From Candidatus Omnitrophota bacterium (GTDB lineage: Bacteria; Omnitrophota; Gorgyraeia; Gygaellales; Profunditerraquicolaceae), in the NCBI GenBank assembly GCA_018825985.1, contig JAHKAP010000018.1:4134-68133 (forward strand): a stretch of 64,000 nucleotides of DNA, written 5' to 3'. The notes under the pieces are model-generated. The model did no database searches, was not told the origin of the DNA, and saw nothing but the letters and a program-made list of their open reading frames with translations. A program made the position numbers and the translations under genes. Positions 30,776-40,795 of this stretch are shown here, piece by piece. How positions within the stretch are numbered: the first letter of the stretch is position 1; every line of letters starts with the position of its first letter.

Positions 30776-31519
30776 CTATTCTCCTTTCATTATCTCTTTT
30801 AACATATCGTAGGTCTCTATCCTGCCGATATCCACCCAAAGATTTCTAAAGATAAAACCATAAACTTTATCTTTTTTAGTTAGCCAGTCTATATATACCC
30901 CGATGTTATCAAAGCAAACCTTAGAATCATCGATGCATCTCTTGATCAATCCTACTTTATCGCGGGGAAAATAATAAATACAGGTAGCTACCAAACTAGA
31001 CTTAGGCCGGGCAGGCTTTTCTTTAAATTCTGTTATCCGGCCCTGCTTGTCCAGGCTTACCACCCCGTAATTTCTTGCCTCAGACCTATTCTTAATATCA
31101 ACTACCCCTATGCTTACTGCCGGGGATTTCTTGGCGGCAAAATCGACAAATCTGTTCAGCGATTCACGGAAAAAATTATCACCGCCCAAAATAATATAAT
31201 CATCATCAAAGCCTTCTTGCTTAAAAACCAGGTACATATCCTTAACTGCGCCCAGTTTTTCTTCCGGCGAGCGGCTGTAGTCATTTATGATTTTGATCCT
31301 ATCTTTTATATCTAAACCATCCCTCCACTTCTGGAAATGCTTAAAAAAACGGTCATTGGTAACTATAATAACCTCAGAAAGCCCCTTTAACTTCTTTAAT
31401 TTATCTACCAAATACTCAATGATCGGTTTCTGGTTTATCTCCAGAAGAGGTTTAGGATAATTCTTTATATAAGGATAAAGCCTGGTCCCATATCCCGCAG
31501 CTAAGATTAAAGCTTTCAT
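30776..31519 (-). CDS. sugar-phosphate nucleotidyltransferase (NDP-sugar pyrophosphorylase family)
   Basis: ILAAGYGTRLYP...KPLL N-terminal NTP-transferase motif; 247 aa. Confidence 0.65.
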   Translation of the reverse strand: MKALILAAGYGTRLYPYIKNYPKPLLEINQKPIIEYLVDKLKKLKGLSEVIIVTNDRFFKHFQKWRDGLDIKDRIKIINDYSRSPEEKLGAVKDMYLVFKQEGFDDDYIILGGDNFFRESLNRFVDFAAKKSPAVSIGVVDIKNRSEARNYGVVSLDKQGRITEFKEKPARPKSSLVATCIYYFPRDKVGLIKRCIDDSKVCFDNIGVYIDWLTKKDKVYGFIFRNLWVDIGRIETYDMLKEIMKGE

Positions 31520-31536
31520 ATTTTTCTCGGTTTAGG

Positions 31537-33267
31537 CTACCTTTTAAGGGCCTTTAGTTTGGCCTGCATAAATAATTCTACTTCCTTGGGAGTCGGCAGG
31601 CTTAATGCTTCTTTAGCTATCTCTTTAGCTTCTTTCGCGGTTATGGAGCGGACCAGGTATTTTATAGATGGTACTGCCAAAGAAGGCATGCTAAATTCAT
31701 CCAGCCCCATCCCCAATAATATCCAGACAAATATTTCGTCCGAGGCCATTTCGCCGCACATCCCGACCTTTATATTATTGGCGTGAGCTGAATCAATAAC
31801 GTTCTTGATCATTCTCAATACCGCCGGGTGGGCCGGCTCATAAAGATAGGCTACTTTTTCATTGGTCCGGTCAACTGCCAGGGCATACTGGATAAGGTCA
31901 TTTGTCCCAATACTGAAAAAATCCGCTTCTTTAGCCAATAAATCGGCTATCAGCGCTGCCGACGGCACCTCGATCATCACCCCTACCTCGATATCATCGT
32001 CAAAAGGAACTCTTTTTTCTTTTAACTCTTTCTTGCATTGTTCTAAAATAACATTGGCCTGCTTAAGCTCCTCTATACCTGATATCATCGGATACATCAT
32101 CTTCAATTTTCCGTAAACCGAGGCTCTGAGGATCGCCCTTAATTGCAGTTTGAATAAATCCGGACGGGCCAGGCAGAACCTGATAGCCCGCCATCCCATA
32201 AAAGGCTGCATCTCCTTCGGAATATCGAATTGAGACAAAAACTTATCTCCGCCGATATCTATAGTGCGGATGATCACCGGATACGGCTTCATCTCTTCAG
32301 CCACATATTTATAAGCCTGAAAATGCTCTTCTTCAGTAGGCAGGTCCTTACGGTTCATATAGAAGAACTCGGTGCGGTATAAGCCTATGCCCTGAGCCCC
32401 GTGGAGTTTAACCGAAGGCACCTCATCAGGAAATTCGATATTAGCGATTATCTCCACCGACTCCCCATCCTGAGTAACCGCAGGCAGGTCCTTATCTACC
32501 AGAAGCTTATCGGACAAACCCTTAAGTATTTCCTCTTCTTTCTGGTAATTTAAGAGCGTGTCTTCATCGGGATTTACAATTATCATCCCCATACTACCGT
32601 CAACGATTAATATGTCGTTCATCTTTATGCTGGCAGTGGCGTTTTGAACACCGACTACCGCAGGAATCTCCAAAGACTTGGCCATGATCGCCGTATGCGA
32701 GGTCTTGCCGCCGATATCGGTAACAAATGCGCATACATTCTGCTTATACATACTGGCGGTATCCGAGGGCGAGATATCATGAGCTACTATAACAACCTTT
32801 TCTTTTATGTCTCCCAGGCTCTTATGCTCTTTGCCCAAAAGGTTACGCAAAATCCTCCTACCCACATCATTAATATCGCTCATCCGCTCTTTAAGGTATT
32901 CGTCTTCAATTTTAGAAAAGACATCGATGTATTTTTTTAAAACCTCGGAAAAGATATAGGCAACGCTTAAATGCTCCTTTTTAAGCCTAGAGATGACCTC
33001 TTCAATCAGCATCCGGTCCTCCAGGACCAGCAAGTGAGCGTCAAATATCTGGGCCTCATCCTGGCCCATATCGGTCGAGATCCTCTTCTGCAATTCAATG
33101 ATCTCCTTACGGGTCTGGATCAAGGCCTCTTCAAATAACTGTATCTGCAAGGGTATTTCTTCCTGGGTTATCGACTGGATAGGAACAATGTATTCTTCCC
33201 TGCCTATCCTATATGCCGGGCCTATCTTTATTCCAGGAGCCGCGGCTATGCCTTTTAAAGTCAACAT
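31537..33267 (-). CDS. ptsI: phosphoenolpyruvate-protein phosphotransferase (PTS Enzyme I)
   Basis: Full-length EI similarity including GGKTSHTAI (active His) and the PEP-utilising domain. Confidence 0.9.
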   Translation of the reverse strand: MLTLKGIAAAPGIKIGPAYRIGREEYIVPIQSITQEEIPLQIQLFEEALIQTRKEIIELQKRISTDMGQDEAQIFDAHLLVLEDRMLIEEVISRLKKEHLSVAYIFSEVLKKYIDVFSKIEDEYLKERMSDINDVGRRILRNLLGKEHKSLGDIKEKVVIVAHDISPSDTASMYKQNVCAFVTDIGGKTSHTAIMAKSLEIPAVVGVQNATASIKMNDILIVDGSMGMIIVNPDEDTLLNYQKEEEILKGLSDKLLVDKDLPAVTQDGESVEIIANIEFPDEVPSVKLHGAQGIGLYRTEFFYMNRKDLPTEEEHFQAYKYVAEEMKPYPVIIRTIDIGGDKFLSQFDIPKEMQPFMGWRAIRFCLARPDLFKLQLRAILRASVYGKLKMMYPMISGIEELKQANVILEQCKKELKEKRVPFDDDIEVGVMIEVPSAALIADLLAKEADFFSIGTNDLIQYALAVDRTNEKVAYLYEPAHPAVLRMIKNVIDSAHANNIKVGMCGEMASDEIFVWILLGMGLDEFSMPSLAVPSIKYLVRSITAKEAKEIAKEALSLPTPKEVELFMQAKLKALKR

Positions 33268-33269
33268 TT

Positions 33270-33533
33270 TTATTCCTCTTGAGTAATAATCTTTTCTAAT
33301 TCGGCTATGGCCTGTTGGGCATCGCTGCCATCCGCCTGAATCACTATTACGCTGCCCTTTTCTGCCCCCAACATCAAAATACCCATAATAGATTTCCCGT
33401 CAACCTCTTCTTTATCCCGGCTGACAATCACCCGCGAATCAAATTTGTTCGCTACCTGGACAAATAAAGCCGCCGGCCGGGCATGTAATCCCTGCTTATT
33501 TTTAACCGTCATTTTCTTTTTTACTAAAGGCAT
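33270..33533 (-). CDS. ptsH: phosphocarrier protein HPr
   Basis: GLHARPA His15 motif; 87 aa. Confidence 0.9.
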   Translation of the reverse strand: MPLVKKKMTVKNKQGLHARPAALFVQVANKFDSRVIVSRDKEEVDGKSIMGILMLGAEKGSVIVIQADGSDAQQAIAELEKIITQEE

Positions 33534-33538
33534 GCTAT

Positions 33539-34804
33539 CTATACCTCTTCGATAAGACTGAATATTACTTTGGCTAATTTTAACGGGTCATGCCTGATAA
33601 CGTCATCAGCGACCACTATATCATCCTCAATCACCCGGTAACCCATACCCTCGACATTTTTTCTATCGTCAACAACCGGATGGGCATTCTCCATCTGGTA
33701 GCGCTTAAGGCTGTTAGAGGTGATCCTCCCGGTATTAACTATGCAATAATCTAAAATCCTTTGGTGGCTGTGATCAACCAACTTTTTAATATGATTGGAT
33801 AAACTGTAGCCGTCGGTCTCGCCCGGCTGAGTCATCACATTACAGATATATACTTTAACCGCCCTAGAGACTGAAATTGCCGCGGTGATCTCTTGTATCA
33901 AAAGATTCGGGATTATACTGGTATAAAGCGAACCCGGACCCAATATAATTATCTCGGCTTCATTTATCGCCTTGACCGCTTCCGGCGTTGCCTCCGGTTC
34001 AGCCGGCTTCAAAAAAACCCTATCGATAGCCTTATTAGCTAATGGGATCTTATCTTCTCCCTCGATAACCGAACCGTCTTTATAAAAGGCGCCCAAGGTA
34101 ACGTTATTTAAGGTCGAAGGTATAACCTGACCCCTTAATGCCAGGACCTTACTGGTTTCTTTAATCGCCTTCTCAAAATCACCGGTGAGCTGGGTCATTA
34201 CCGTAATAAACAAATTGCCAAAGCTATGACCGGCTAATTCCGAACCCGCTTCAAAACGGAATTGGAATAATTCCCGCATCAATGTAGAAGCGTCAGCCAA
34301 GGCCACCAGGCAGTTCCTGATATCTCCCGGAGGCAGCATATCAAACTGCTGTCTTAACCTTCCCGACGAACCGCCGGCGTCAGCTACCGTAACTATGGCA
34401 GTTATGTTCGAAGTAAATTCCTTTAAACCAGTCAGGAGAACGGATAAACCGGTTCCTCCTCCGATAACCACCACTTTAGGGCCGCGGCCCAATTGCTGCC
34501 TGCGGTATAGTATATCAGCCAGGTCATCCCCCTTAGAAGATGAAGTCACCGCCGAAATAAAAAAACGGATTATCCGGATTACGCCTAAAACTAAAATCGT
34601 AACGCTTGAAAAAAGAACTATTATATCCAGTATCTTGACTACCCAATATTCTTCAGTCCGCAGATAGCTGGAGCTGATCACCAAAAGAATTATGCTAAAA
34701 AAACTTAAGCCTACCCAGCGTTTTATGCCTATACCAGGCGAGAGCCAAATAAAAACATTCTTGAATCTGTATTTAATTCTTGCTATTAGATTAGTTTTTT
34801 TCAT
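33539..34804 (-). CDS. YvcK/CofD-like gluconeogenesis-factor family protein with an unusual ~95-aa N-terminal 2-TM extension
   Basis: VVIGGGTGLSVLLTGLK...TVADAGGSSGRLR...DIRNCLVAL core of the YvcK (UPF0052) family, preceded by two hydrophobic helices. Confidence 0.75.
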   Translation of the reverse strand: MKKTNLIARIKYRFKNVFIWLSPGIGIKRWVGLSFFSIILLVISSSYLRTEEYWVVKILDIIVLFSSVTILVLGVIRIIRFFISAVTSSSKGDDLADILYRRQQLGRGPKVVVIGGGTGLSVLLTGLKEFTSNITAIVTVADAGGSSGRLRQQFDMLPPGDIRNCLVALADASTLMRELFQFRFEAGSELAGHSFGNLFITVMTQLTGDFEKAIKETSKVLALRGQVIPSTLNNVTLGAFYKDGSVIEGEDKIPLANKAIDRVFLKPAEPEATPEAVKAINEAEIIILGPGSLYTSIIPNLLIQEITAAISVSRAVKVYICNVMTQPGETDGYSLSNHIKKLVDHSHQRILDYCIVNTGRITSNSLKRYQMENAHPVVDDRKNVEGMGYRVIEDDIVVADDVIRHDPLKLAKVIFSLIEEV

Positions 34805-35258
34805 CTTCCTGGCCGATTATTTTTATCACTTCTGCCGGATCATTGCATGCGCGCAAACCATCACGGAAATATTTATCCTTTAACAACCGGGAGATGCGAG
34901 CCAGGGCCTTGAGATGGGGACCAGCTGAATCTTGAGGCGCGACTAACATGAAAAAAATATATACTTTTTCGCCGTCCAGAGAATCAAAATCAACGCCTTT
35001 TTTGGAAAGCCCAAATGCCAAAACCAGATTAGTGACGCAGTCTGACTTGGCGTGCGGTATGGCGATACCCTGGCCAATGGCGGTAGAACCCAGAGATTCC
35101 CTTTCCATCAAAGCATCAATCAGCTTATTCCGGCTGTTTTTCTCAATATCACCCGAGCTAACCAGCACATCAACCATTTCTTTGATAACATCCTCTTTCT
35201 TGGCTGATTTTACATCAGTAGTAATAGCCTTCTTAGACAAAAAATCCATTATCTTCAT
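34791..35258 (-). CDS. ptsN: PTS EIIA, type 2 (PtsN/EIIA-Ntr-like)
   Basis: GIAIPHAK phosphorylatable-His motif; 155 aa. Confidence 0.75.
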   Translation of the reverse strand: MKIMDFLSKKAITTDVKSAKKEDVIKEMVDVLVSSGDIEKNSRNKLIDALMERESLGSTAIGQGIAIPHAKSDCVTNLVLAFGLSKKGVDFDSLDGEKVYIFFMLVAPQDSAGPHLKALARISRLLKDKYFRDGLRACNDPAEVIKIIGQEDEKN

Positions 35259-35308
35259 ATTCTTCGCTCCTTTTGATTTTTCCTAAACTTGATTGTTTCA
35301 AAAAATTA

Positions 35309-35381
<73 letters not shown>

Positions 35382-35414
35382 CGTCGCTCGCTATATGTTT
35401 TTTCCATATAATAG

Positions 35415-35496
35415 TGCGGACGAAGGGATTTGAACCCCCAAGGGTTGCCCCAATAGCTCCTAAGGCTATCGCGTATGCCAATTCCGCCACGTCCGC
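35415..35496 (-). tRNA. tRNA-Leu (UAG), type II with a long variable arm
   Basis: GCGGACG acceptor, AUAGC-CUUAGGA-GCUAU anticodon arm, long variable arm GGGGCAACCC, UUCAAAU T-loop. Confidence 0.85.
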
Positions 35497-35554
35497 AGAG
35501 CTTTTTCCCTTTTACCGCTTCGCTCTTGACTATTAACTTTTGATTCTGAATTTA

Positions 35555-35627
35555 TGAGCCTCCCGCGGATCGAACGCGGCACAGCCACATTAAAAGTGTG
35601 GTGCTCTACCAGATGAGCTAGAGGCCC
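35555..35627 (-). tRNA. tRNA-Lys (UUU)
   Basis: GGGCCUC acceptor, CCACA-CUUUUAA-UGUGG anticodon arm, GUUCGAUC T-loop. Confidence 0.85.
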
Positions 35628-35636
35628 GAATCTATT

Positions 35637-36197
35637 TTAAAATTCTGTTACTTCTTTATCTTTTGTTTTATGCATTTCGTCAACTTTAACCATATATTTA
35701 TCGACTAATTTCTGAAGTTCATCTAAGCCTTTAAATTTATCGTCTTCACTGACAATCTTGTCCTTTTCAAGTTTTTCTAAATGTTCCTTAGAATCTCTGC
35801 GGATAGTCCGAAGCGATACCCTGGCCTCTTCGGATATTTTATTTACCACTTTAGTAAGCTCCTGGCGCCTCTCTTTGGAGAGCGGAGGAACCGATAACCT
35901 GATTACTTTACCGTCATTATTAGGGGTAATCCCCAAATTTGACTTTTGTATCGCCTTTTCAATTTCAACGATCGCGGAAATATCCCAGGGCTGAATAGTT
36001 ATTAAATGAGAATCGGGTACGCTAATTGATGCCAAAGTTTTAAGTAAAGTAGGCGTGCCGTAATAATCAACATGCAGCCCTTCAACTAAGCCTGGATGGG
36101 CCCGGCCGGTCCGTATCTCGGAGAATTCCCGGCCCAAAAACTCGATGACCTTCTTCATCTTCTCATCAGTGCTATGCAGAATCTCTTTAACGCTCAT
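35637..36197 (-). CDS. frr: ribosome recycling factor
   Basis: Full-length RRF similarity; 186 aa. Confidence 0.9.
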   Translation of the reverse strand: MSVKEILHSTDEKMKKVIEFLGREFSEIRTGRAHPGLVEGLHVDYYGTPTLLKTLASISVPDSHLITIQPWDISAIVEIEKAIQKSNLGITPNNDGKVIRLSVPPLSKERRQELTKVVNKISEEARVSLRTIRRDSKEHLEKLEKDKIVSEDDKFKGLDELQKLVDKYMVKVDEMHKTKDKEVTEF

Positions 36198-36250
36198 CGC
36201 AATCTCCCTCCCTTAAAACTCAATCCACGATCCATGATCAACTATCCGTT

Positions 36251-36982
36251 TTAATTAATAACGGTCCCGATCTTCTCGCCTAGCACGATCCGTTTAATAT
36301 TGCCATCTTTATTAAGATTAAATACCACTATGGGCAATTTATTATCCATGCAAAGGCTGACTGCCGTAGCATCCATGACTTTGAGCCTTTTTTTCAAAAC
36401 ATCTATATATTTTAATCTGCCAAATTTACTGGCGTTTTTTACCTTAAATGGATCCGCTGAATAAACTCCATCCACCTTAGTCGCCTTCAGAATACAATCA
36501 GCGCTTATCTCCATAGCCCTTAACGCGGCCGCTGTATCTGTGGTGAAATAAGGATTGCCGGTGCCAGCCACAAAAATAACTACTCTTCCTTTTTCTAAAT
36601 GCCGAATTGCCTTTCTGCGTATATAAGGTTCGGCAATCCTCTGCATCTCGATAGCGGTCATTACCCTGGTCGGCATGCCATTTTTCTCCAGGACATCCTG
36701 AAGCGCCAGGCCATTTATAACAGTAGCCAACATACCCATATAATCAGCAACACTTCTGTCCATATTTAAACCTAAAGAAGCGGTATTCTCCTGGCCTCTA
36801 AAAATATTCCCGGCCCCTAAAACCAGGGCTACGTCAGTACCCAGATTTCTTATTTCTTTGATCTGGCGGGAGATAGAAACCAGTACAGAATGATCAATGC
36901 CATGGGATTTCTTCCCCTGTAGGGCTTCGCCGCTTAGTTTTAGAAGTATTCTTTTATAGACGGGATAAGAAGACATGCTCAC
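36251..36982 (-). CDS. pyrH: UMP kinase
   Basis: [13 protein letters not shown]-terminus and aspartokinase-fold motifs. Confidence 0.9.
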   Translation of the reverse strand: MSMSSYPVYKRILLKLSGEALQGKKSHGIDHSVLVSISRQIKEIRNLGTDVALVLGAGNIFRGQENTASLGLNMDRSVADYMGMLATVINGLALQDVLEKNGMPTRVMTAIEMQRIAEPYIRRKAIRHLEKGRVVIFVAGTGNPYFTTDTAAALRAMEISADCILKATKVDGVYSADPFKVKNASKFGRLKYIDVLKKRLKVMDATAVSLCMDNKLPIVVFNLNKDGNIKRIVLGEKIGTVIN

Positions 36983-37509
36983 TACTCGCCGATCTTATAA
37001 CGCACAAACCTGTTAATCACGATCTTTTCGTTAAACTTAGCCACTAGGCTTCCCAAATAATCATTAATGGTAAGGCTCGCGTCCTTAATAAAAGCCTGTT
37101 CCATTAAACAGTGCTCTTTTATAAAAAGCTCCTTGTTTTTTTCTTTTTCCAAAACTTCTGCCGGGACATCAACTTTGCTTATATACTTAGGGTTTAAGGC
37201 CGCTATCTGCATTGCGCAATCCTTGGTAAACTGACAAAAATCGTTGTTTCGAGCCACAAAATCAGTTTCGCATTTAACTTCCAGCAATACCCCGATCTTA
37301 TTACCGTTATGCAAATAAGCCTCGATCCGGCCCTCTTTGGTAACCCGCCCCTGTTTTTTGGATACAGCCTCCAGGCCGCGTTTACGCAAAAGATCCATTG
37401 ATTTGTTTATATCCCCAGCAGTCTCCTGGAGCACCTGGCGGCAGTCAGCTACGCTGGCAGAACTTAAATTTCTCAATTCCTTGATTAATTCCAAAGATAC
37501 AGTCTTCAT
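36982..37509 (-). CDS. tsf: elongation factor Ts (short form)
   Basis: LIKELR...[30 protein letters not shown]-like N-terminus. Confidence 0.85.
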   Translation of the reverse strand: MKTVSLELIKELRNLSSASVADCRQVLQETAGDINKSMDLLRKRGLEAVSKKQGRVTKEGRIEAYLHNGNKIGVLLEVKCETDFVARNNDFCQFTKDCAMQIAALNPKYISKVDVPAEVLEKEKNKELFIKEHCLMEQAFIKDASLTINDYLGSLVAKFNEKIVINRFVRYKIGE

Positions 37510-37540
37510 TTTTCTTAATTACTCCTTCTTAATATTATTT

Positions 37541-38413
37541 TTATTCTTTTTTGCGTCCGGGGATAGGAGTGCGGCTCTTTTTTTCCGGTTTAGAGCTGTC
37601 TTCTACCGGCGCTTCCTCTTCAACCATCTCCTCGATTTCTTTGATCTTTACTTCTTCCTCAGGAAGCACCGCTATGGGCTCTTCAGAGCCTTCTTTCAAA
37701 GCTACTCCATCCTGAGACAGATAGGACAAAAACCTTTTTCTCCCGTCAATTACGCTATCGGCTATGATACTAGCTACCAGGGATATGGATTTGATGGCAT
37801 CGTCATTTCCCGGGATAGGGTATTCAATCAAGTCCGGATCTGAATTTGTATCAATAAACCCAATAACCGGGATATTCAACCTTTTGGCCTCTTTTACCGC
37901 GGTTTCTTCTTTCTTGGTATCTACGATAAAAATAGCCTTGGGCATGCGCTCCATCTGGGCTATACCGGAGAAGTTTTTCTTTAATTTAGCCAATTCCTTT
38001 TCCAATAAGGAGACTTCTTTTTTGGTTAATTTAGTAAAGGTTCCGTCTTCTTTCATTTTTTCGATGTCTTTTAACCGATTTATGCTCTTCTTAACAGTAG
38101 CAAAATTTGTTAAAAGCCCCCCTGGCCAGCGCTCAGTCACATAATACATGCCGCAACGGATTGTCTCTTGTAATATCGCCTCCTGGGCTTGTTTCTTAGT
38201 CCCCACCAAAAGGATTACTTCTCCTTTAGAAGTGATATCCAGGATAAAATCCCTGGCTTTATTAATGCACTCTTCGGTCTTAAGCAGATCAATAATATAA
38301 ATACCGCTCCTGGAGCCGAAAATATACTTCTTCATCTTTGGGTTCCAGCGCGATGTCTTGTGACCGAAATGAACCCCTGCTTCCAATAGTCGTTTAATTA
38401 GTTCTGAAGGCAA
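37541..38413 (-). CDS. rpsB: 30S ribosomal protein S2
   Basis: AGVHFGH motif. TTG start preceded by GGGGGAG. Carries an acidic/lysine-rich C-terminal extension. Confidence 0.9.
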   Translation of the reverse strand: MPSELIKRLLEAGVHFGHKTSRWNPKMKKYIFGSRSGIYIIDLLKTEECINKARDFILDITSKGEVILLVGTKKQAQEAILQETIRCGMYYVTERWPGGLLTNFATVKKSINRLKDIEKMKEDGTFTKLTKKEVSLLEKELAKLKKNFSGIAQMERMPKAIFIVDTKKEETAVKEAKRLNIPVIGFIDTNSDPDLIEYPIPGNDDAIKSISLVASIIADSVIDGRKRFLSYLSQDGVALKEGSEEPIAVLPEEEVKIKEIEEMVEEEAPVEDSSKPEKKSRTPIPGRKKE

Positions 38414-38492
38414 ATTGAACTCCCCCTTTCAATGAATTGGCTAGATACTGGTTTCAAAAAGTACCTAATAACGGTTTAAATTACTTAACTAA

Positions 38493-38520
38493 TAGACCTT
38501 TGAGTATAGCATATTTTCTG
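38493..38520 (-). promoter_or_regulatory. candidate rpsB promoter (TTGCAA, 16 nt spacer, TATACT)
   Basis: Hexamers seen on the minus strand about 80 nt upstream of the rpsB start. Confidence 0.4.
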
Positions 38521-38569
38521 CCCCTTGCAACTATTTTTTCAATTAAAATTGCTTAAAAAAATAACTTTA

Positions 38570-38652
38570 ACACGGATTTGCGCTGATTTATTAACGGATT
38601 CCCACGGATTATCCGGCATATCCGTTATTTATATCCGTGCATATCCGCGCCA
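38570..38652. promoter_or_regulatory. array of 7 CGGAT/ATCCG pentamer half-sites (3 direct CGGAT, then 4 ATCCG), including the palindrome CGGATTATCCG
   Basis: Read directly from the sequence. Lies between the divergent rpsB and rpmB promoters. Confidence 0.4.
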
Positions 38653-38687
38653 AATTGTACTTTTTAAGTATTCTCCAATTAAAAAAC

Positions 38688-38715
38688 TTGACAATACTTC
38701 GATTTAAAGTATACT
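38688..38715 (+). promoter_or_regulatory. candidate rpmB promoter (TTGACA, 16 nt spacer, TATACT)
   Basis: Consensus -35 hexamer and a near-consensus -10 hexamer about 45 nt upstream of the rpmB RBS (AAGAGGTGG). Confidence 0.5.
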
Positions 38716-38758
38716 TAACTATACTTTAATCCTAAAAAATCCCAAAAAGAGGTGGAAT

Positions 38759-38986
38759 ATGCTCAAAATTTGTATTATTTGCAAAAAAGGCGAAATGTCC
38801 GGTAAAAGCGTGGTGCGAAAAGGCCTTTTAAAGAAAAAAGGCGGCACAGGCTCTAAAATCGTCCGGGCTACTAAACGTAAATTCCTTCCTAATCTGCAGA
38901 AAATGCGAATCCTGATTAACGGGCATCCGCAAAGAGCTTATATCTGCACAAAATGCCTAAAAAAAGGCAATATCGTAAAAGCCTGA
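38759..38986 (+). CDS. rpmB: 50S ribosomal protein L28
   Basis: ATKRKFLPNLQ L28 signature plus CxxC...CxxC zinc ribbon; strong RBS. This is the only confidently coding plus-strand gene in the window. Confidence 0.85.
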   Translation: MLKICIICKKGEMSGKSVVRKGLLKKKGGTGSKIVRATKRKFLPNLQKMRILINGHPQRAYICTKCLKKGNIVKA

Positions 38987-39074
38987 TTAAATAGGGACAG
39001 CGACTATTTTTACAAACTGAAATGGGGTCAGAATTATTTTTCTTTGTCTGCGCTCGAAAAAAATAATTCTGACC
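38986..39074. terminator. bidirectional terminator region between convergent rpmB and recJ, made of a lone half-copy of the TAGGGACAGCGACTATTTTT arm and a perfect 18-bp palindrome (GGGGTCAGAATTATTTTT, 22-nt loop)
   Basis: Inverted repeat read directly, with A/T runs flanking both sides of the stem. Confidence 0.55.
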
Positions 39075-39102
39075 CCATTTCCTTGATCAGAACCGTCCCC
39101 TT

Positions 39103-40794
39103 TTATTTAAAGAATATGTCTTTTACTTCCAGAATAAGCGAGCTTTCGCCCTGCCAATCATCCATTCTCGGTAAATAAACTATATCAAAACAACCGGCTT
39201 GAGCCAAACTGCTTTTAATACCAGCCATACCAAATCCTATAGCTTCATAGGTATATTTACCATCAGTAACCCAGAATTTAAGGGTATCCCGGCTTAAAAC
39301 CCTGAATTCCCCTTTAAGCTTTAGGTCGCGGGTATAGAATAAGGGTTCGGGATTGCCTGACCCAAAAGGCTCTAACCTGGCCAGCTCTTCGACAAACCGC
39401 TCGTTTATATCGGATAGACCCAATTCCATATCTATATCTATGGTGGGGATCAAATGCTCCAGAGTTAATTTCTCTTTAACCAGATGATTAATCCGTTTTT
39501 TAAAATTCTCGATATTGCCCTTAGGAATAACCAGGCCGGTGGCATGCTGGTGCCCGCCAAAACTATCCAAAAGGTCTTTGCATTCTAAAAGAGCCTGAAA
39601 AAGATGAAAATTCTTTACTGACCTGCCTGAACCTCGACAAAGTTCATCAGTAAGGGAAATCAAAATAGTCGGCCGATAAAATTTCTCTGAAAGTTTCGCT
39701 GCTACTATACCTAAGACCCCGGTATGCCAACCTTCCTTAGCCACAACCACTACTTTATGCTCTTTAAAATTGACTTCCTGATTAATCAAATCCTGCGCTT
39801 CTTCCAATATCACGCTCTCTATTTTCTGGCGCTGGCGGTTACATATTTCTATCGCCTTAGCCAGACTTTTAGCATCTTCTTCATTTTCGCTCATTAATAA
39901 ATTTAAAGCCAACTCCGCGGTATCTACCCGGCCACTGGCATTAATCCTAGGGCCCAGAATAAAACTTACATATTCAGCAGTGATCTTCTTGCCCTTGATC
40001 CTGCTGGATTCCATTAAAGCCTTTAATCCCGGCCTGCGGGTATTAAAGATCATCTCTAATCCTTTTTTGGCAATTATACGGTTCTCACCTATCAAAGGAA
40101 CAGAATCAGCGATCGTGCCCAAAGCAACCAAGTCCAGCTCCTCAATCAGCATCTGCCCGGTTAGAGCCTGGCAGAGTTTATAGGCTACGCCGACTCCAGC
40201 CAGATCCCGATACTTATACCCCGAACCTCTGACTTTTGGATTAATGATCGCCGATGCCGCAGGCAGGTCATCCTTACGCAGAGGTTCATGATGGTCGGTT
40301 ATGATCACTTCCAACCCTAAACGCTTTAATTCTTTGATCTCTTCATAACTGGATGTCCCGCTGTCCGCAGTTATTAAAAGGCCGGCTTTTTCCTTCCGGG
40401 CCAGATCCAAAACTTTCTTATTCAAACCATACCCCTCTTTAACCCGATGAGGTATATAATGGAATATCTTAAGCCCCAGCTTAGAAAGGGTATTCTTGAG
40501 CAATACCAGGGCAGTGATCCCATCAGCATCATAATCGCTGAAAATAATAACTTTTTCTTTTTCTCTGGCCGCCTTTTTAATCAGGCTGACTGCCTTAGGC
40601 ATATCAGCGAATGAGAGCGGGTCCAACAAGTCATCTATTCGGGAATTCAGGAAAGAATCAGCGTCTTTGACATTATCGATCCCCCGATTAATCAAAACCT
40701 GGGCTATTATAGGAGAAATTTTAAGTTCCTGGCTTAAGGAAGATTGCAAGCGGGGGTTAATAGAGAGTATATTTAATATTTTACGGATTGGCAT
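39103..40794 (-). CDS. recJ: single-stranded-DNA-specific exonuclease RecJ
   Basis: DHH-family motifs DYDADGITA and TDHHEP, followed by a DHHA1 region. Confidence 0.9.
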   Translation of the reverse strand: MPIRKILNILSINPRLQSSLSQELKISPIIAQVLINRGIDNVKDADSFLNSRIDDLLDPLSFADMPKAVSLIKKAAREKEKVIIFSDYDADGITALVLLKNTLSKLGLKIFHYIPHRVKEGYGLNKKVLDLARKEKAGLLITADSGTSSYEEIKELKRLGLEVIITDHHEPLRKDDLPAASAIINPKVRGSGYKYRDLAGVGVAYKLCQALTGQMLIEELDLVALGTIADSVPLIGENRIIAKKGLEMIFNTRRPGLKALMESSRIKGKKITAEYVSFILGPRINASGRVDTAELALNLLMSENEEDAKSLAKAIEICNRQRQKIESVILEEAQDLINQEVNFKEHKVVVVAKEGWHTGVLGIVAAKLSEKFYRPTILISLTDELCRGSGRSVKNFHLFQALLECKDLLDSFGGHQHATGLVIPKGNIENFKKRINHLVKEKLTLEHLIPTIDIDMELGLSDINERFVEELARLEPFGSGNPEPLFYTRDLKLKGEFRVLSRDTLKFWVTDGKYTYEAIGFGMAGIKSSLAQAGCFDIVYLPRMDDWQGESSLILEVKDIFFK

Positions 40795-40795
40795 T

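Noticed and set aside
37337-37843. 168-aa plus-strand ORF
   Set aside because: Antisense to tsf and rpsB. Shadow ORF.
38594-38615. DnaA-box-like TTATCCGGC, suggesting oriC
   Set aside because: There is only one imperfect box and the rpsB-rpmB context is not origin-like. It is better treated as part of the CGGAT/ATCCG array.
38525-38707. 60-aa plus-strand ORF in the rpsB-rpmB spacer
   Set aside because: It spans the CGGAT array and the rpmB promoter, has no RBS and is low-complexity. Promoter DNA is the better explanation.
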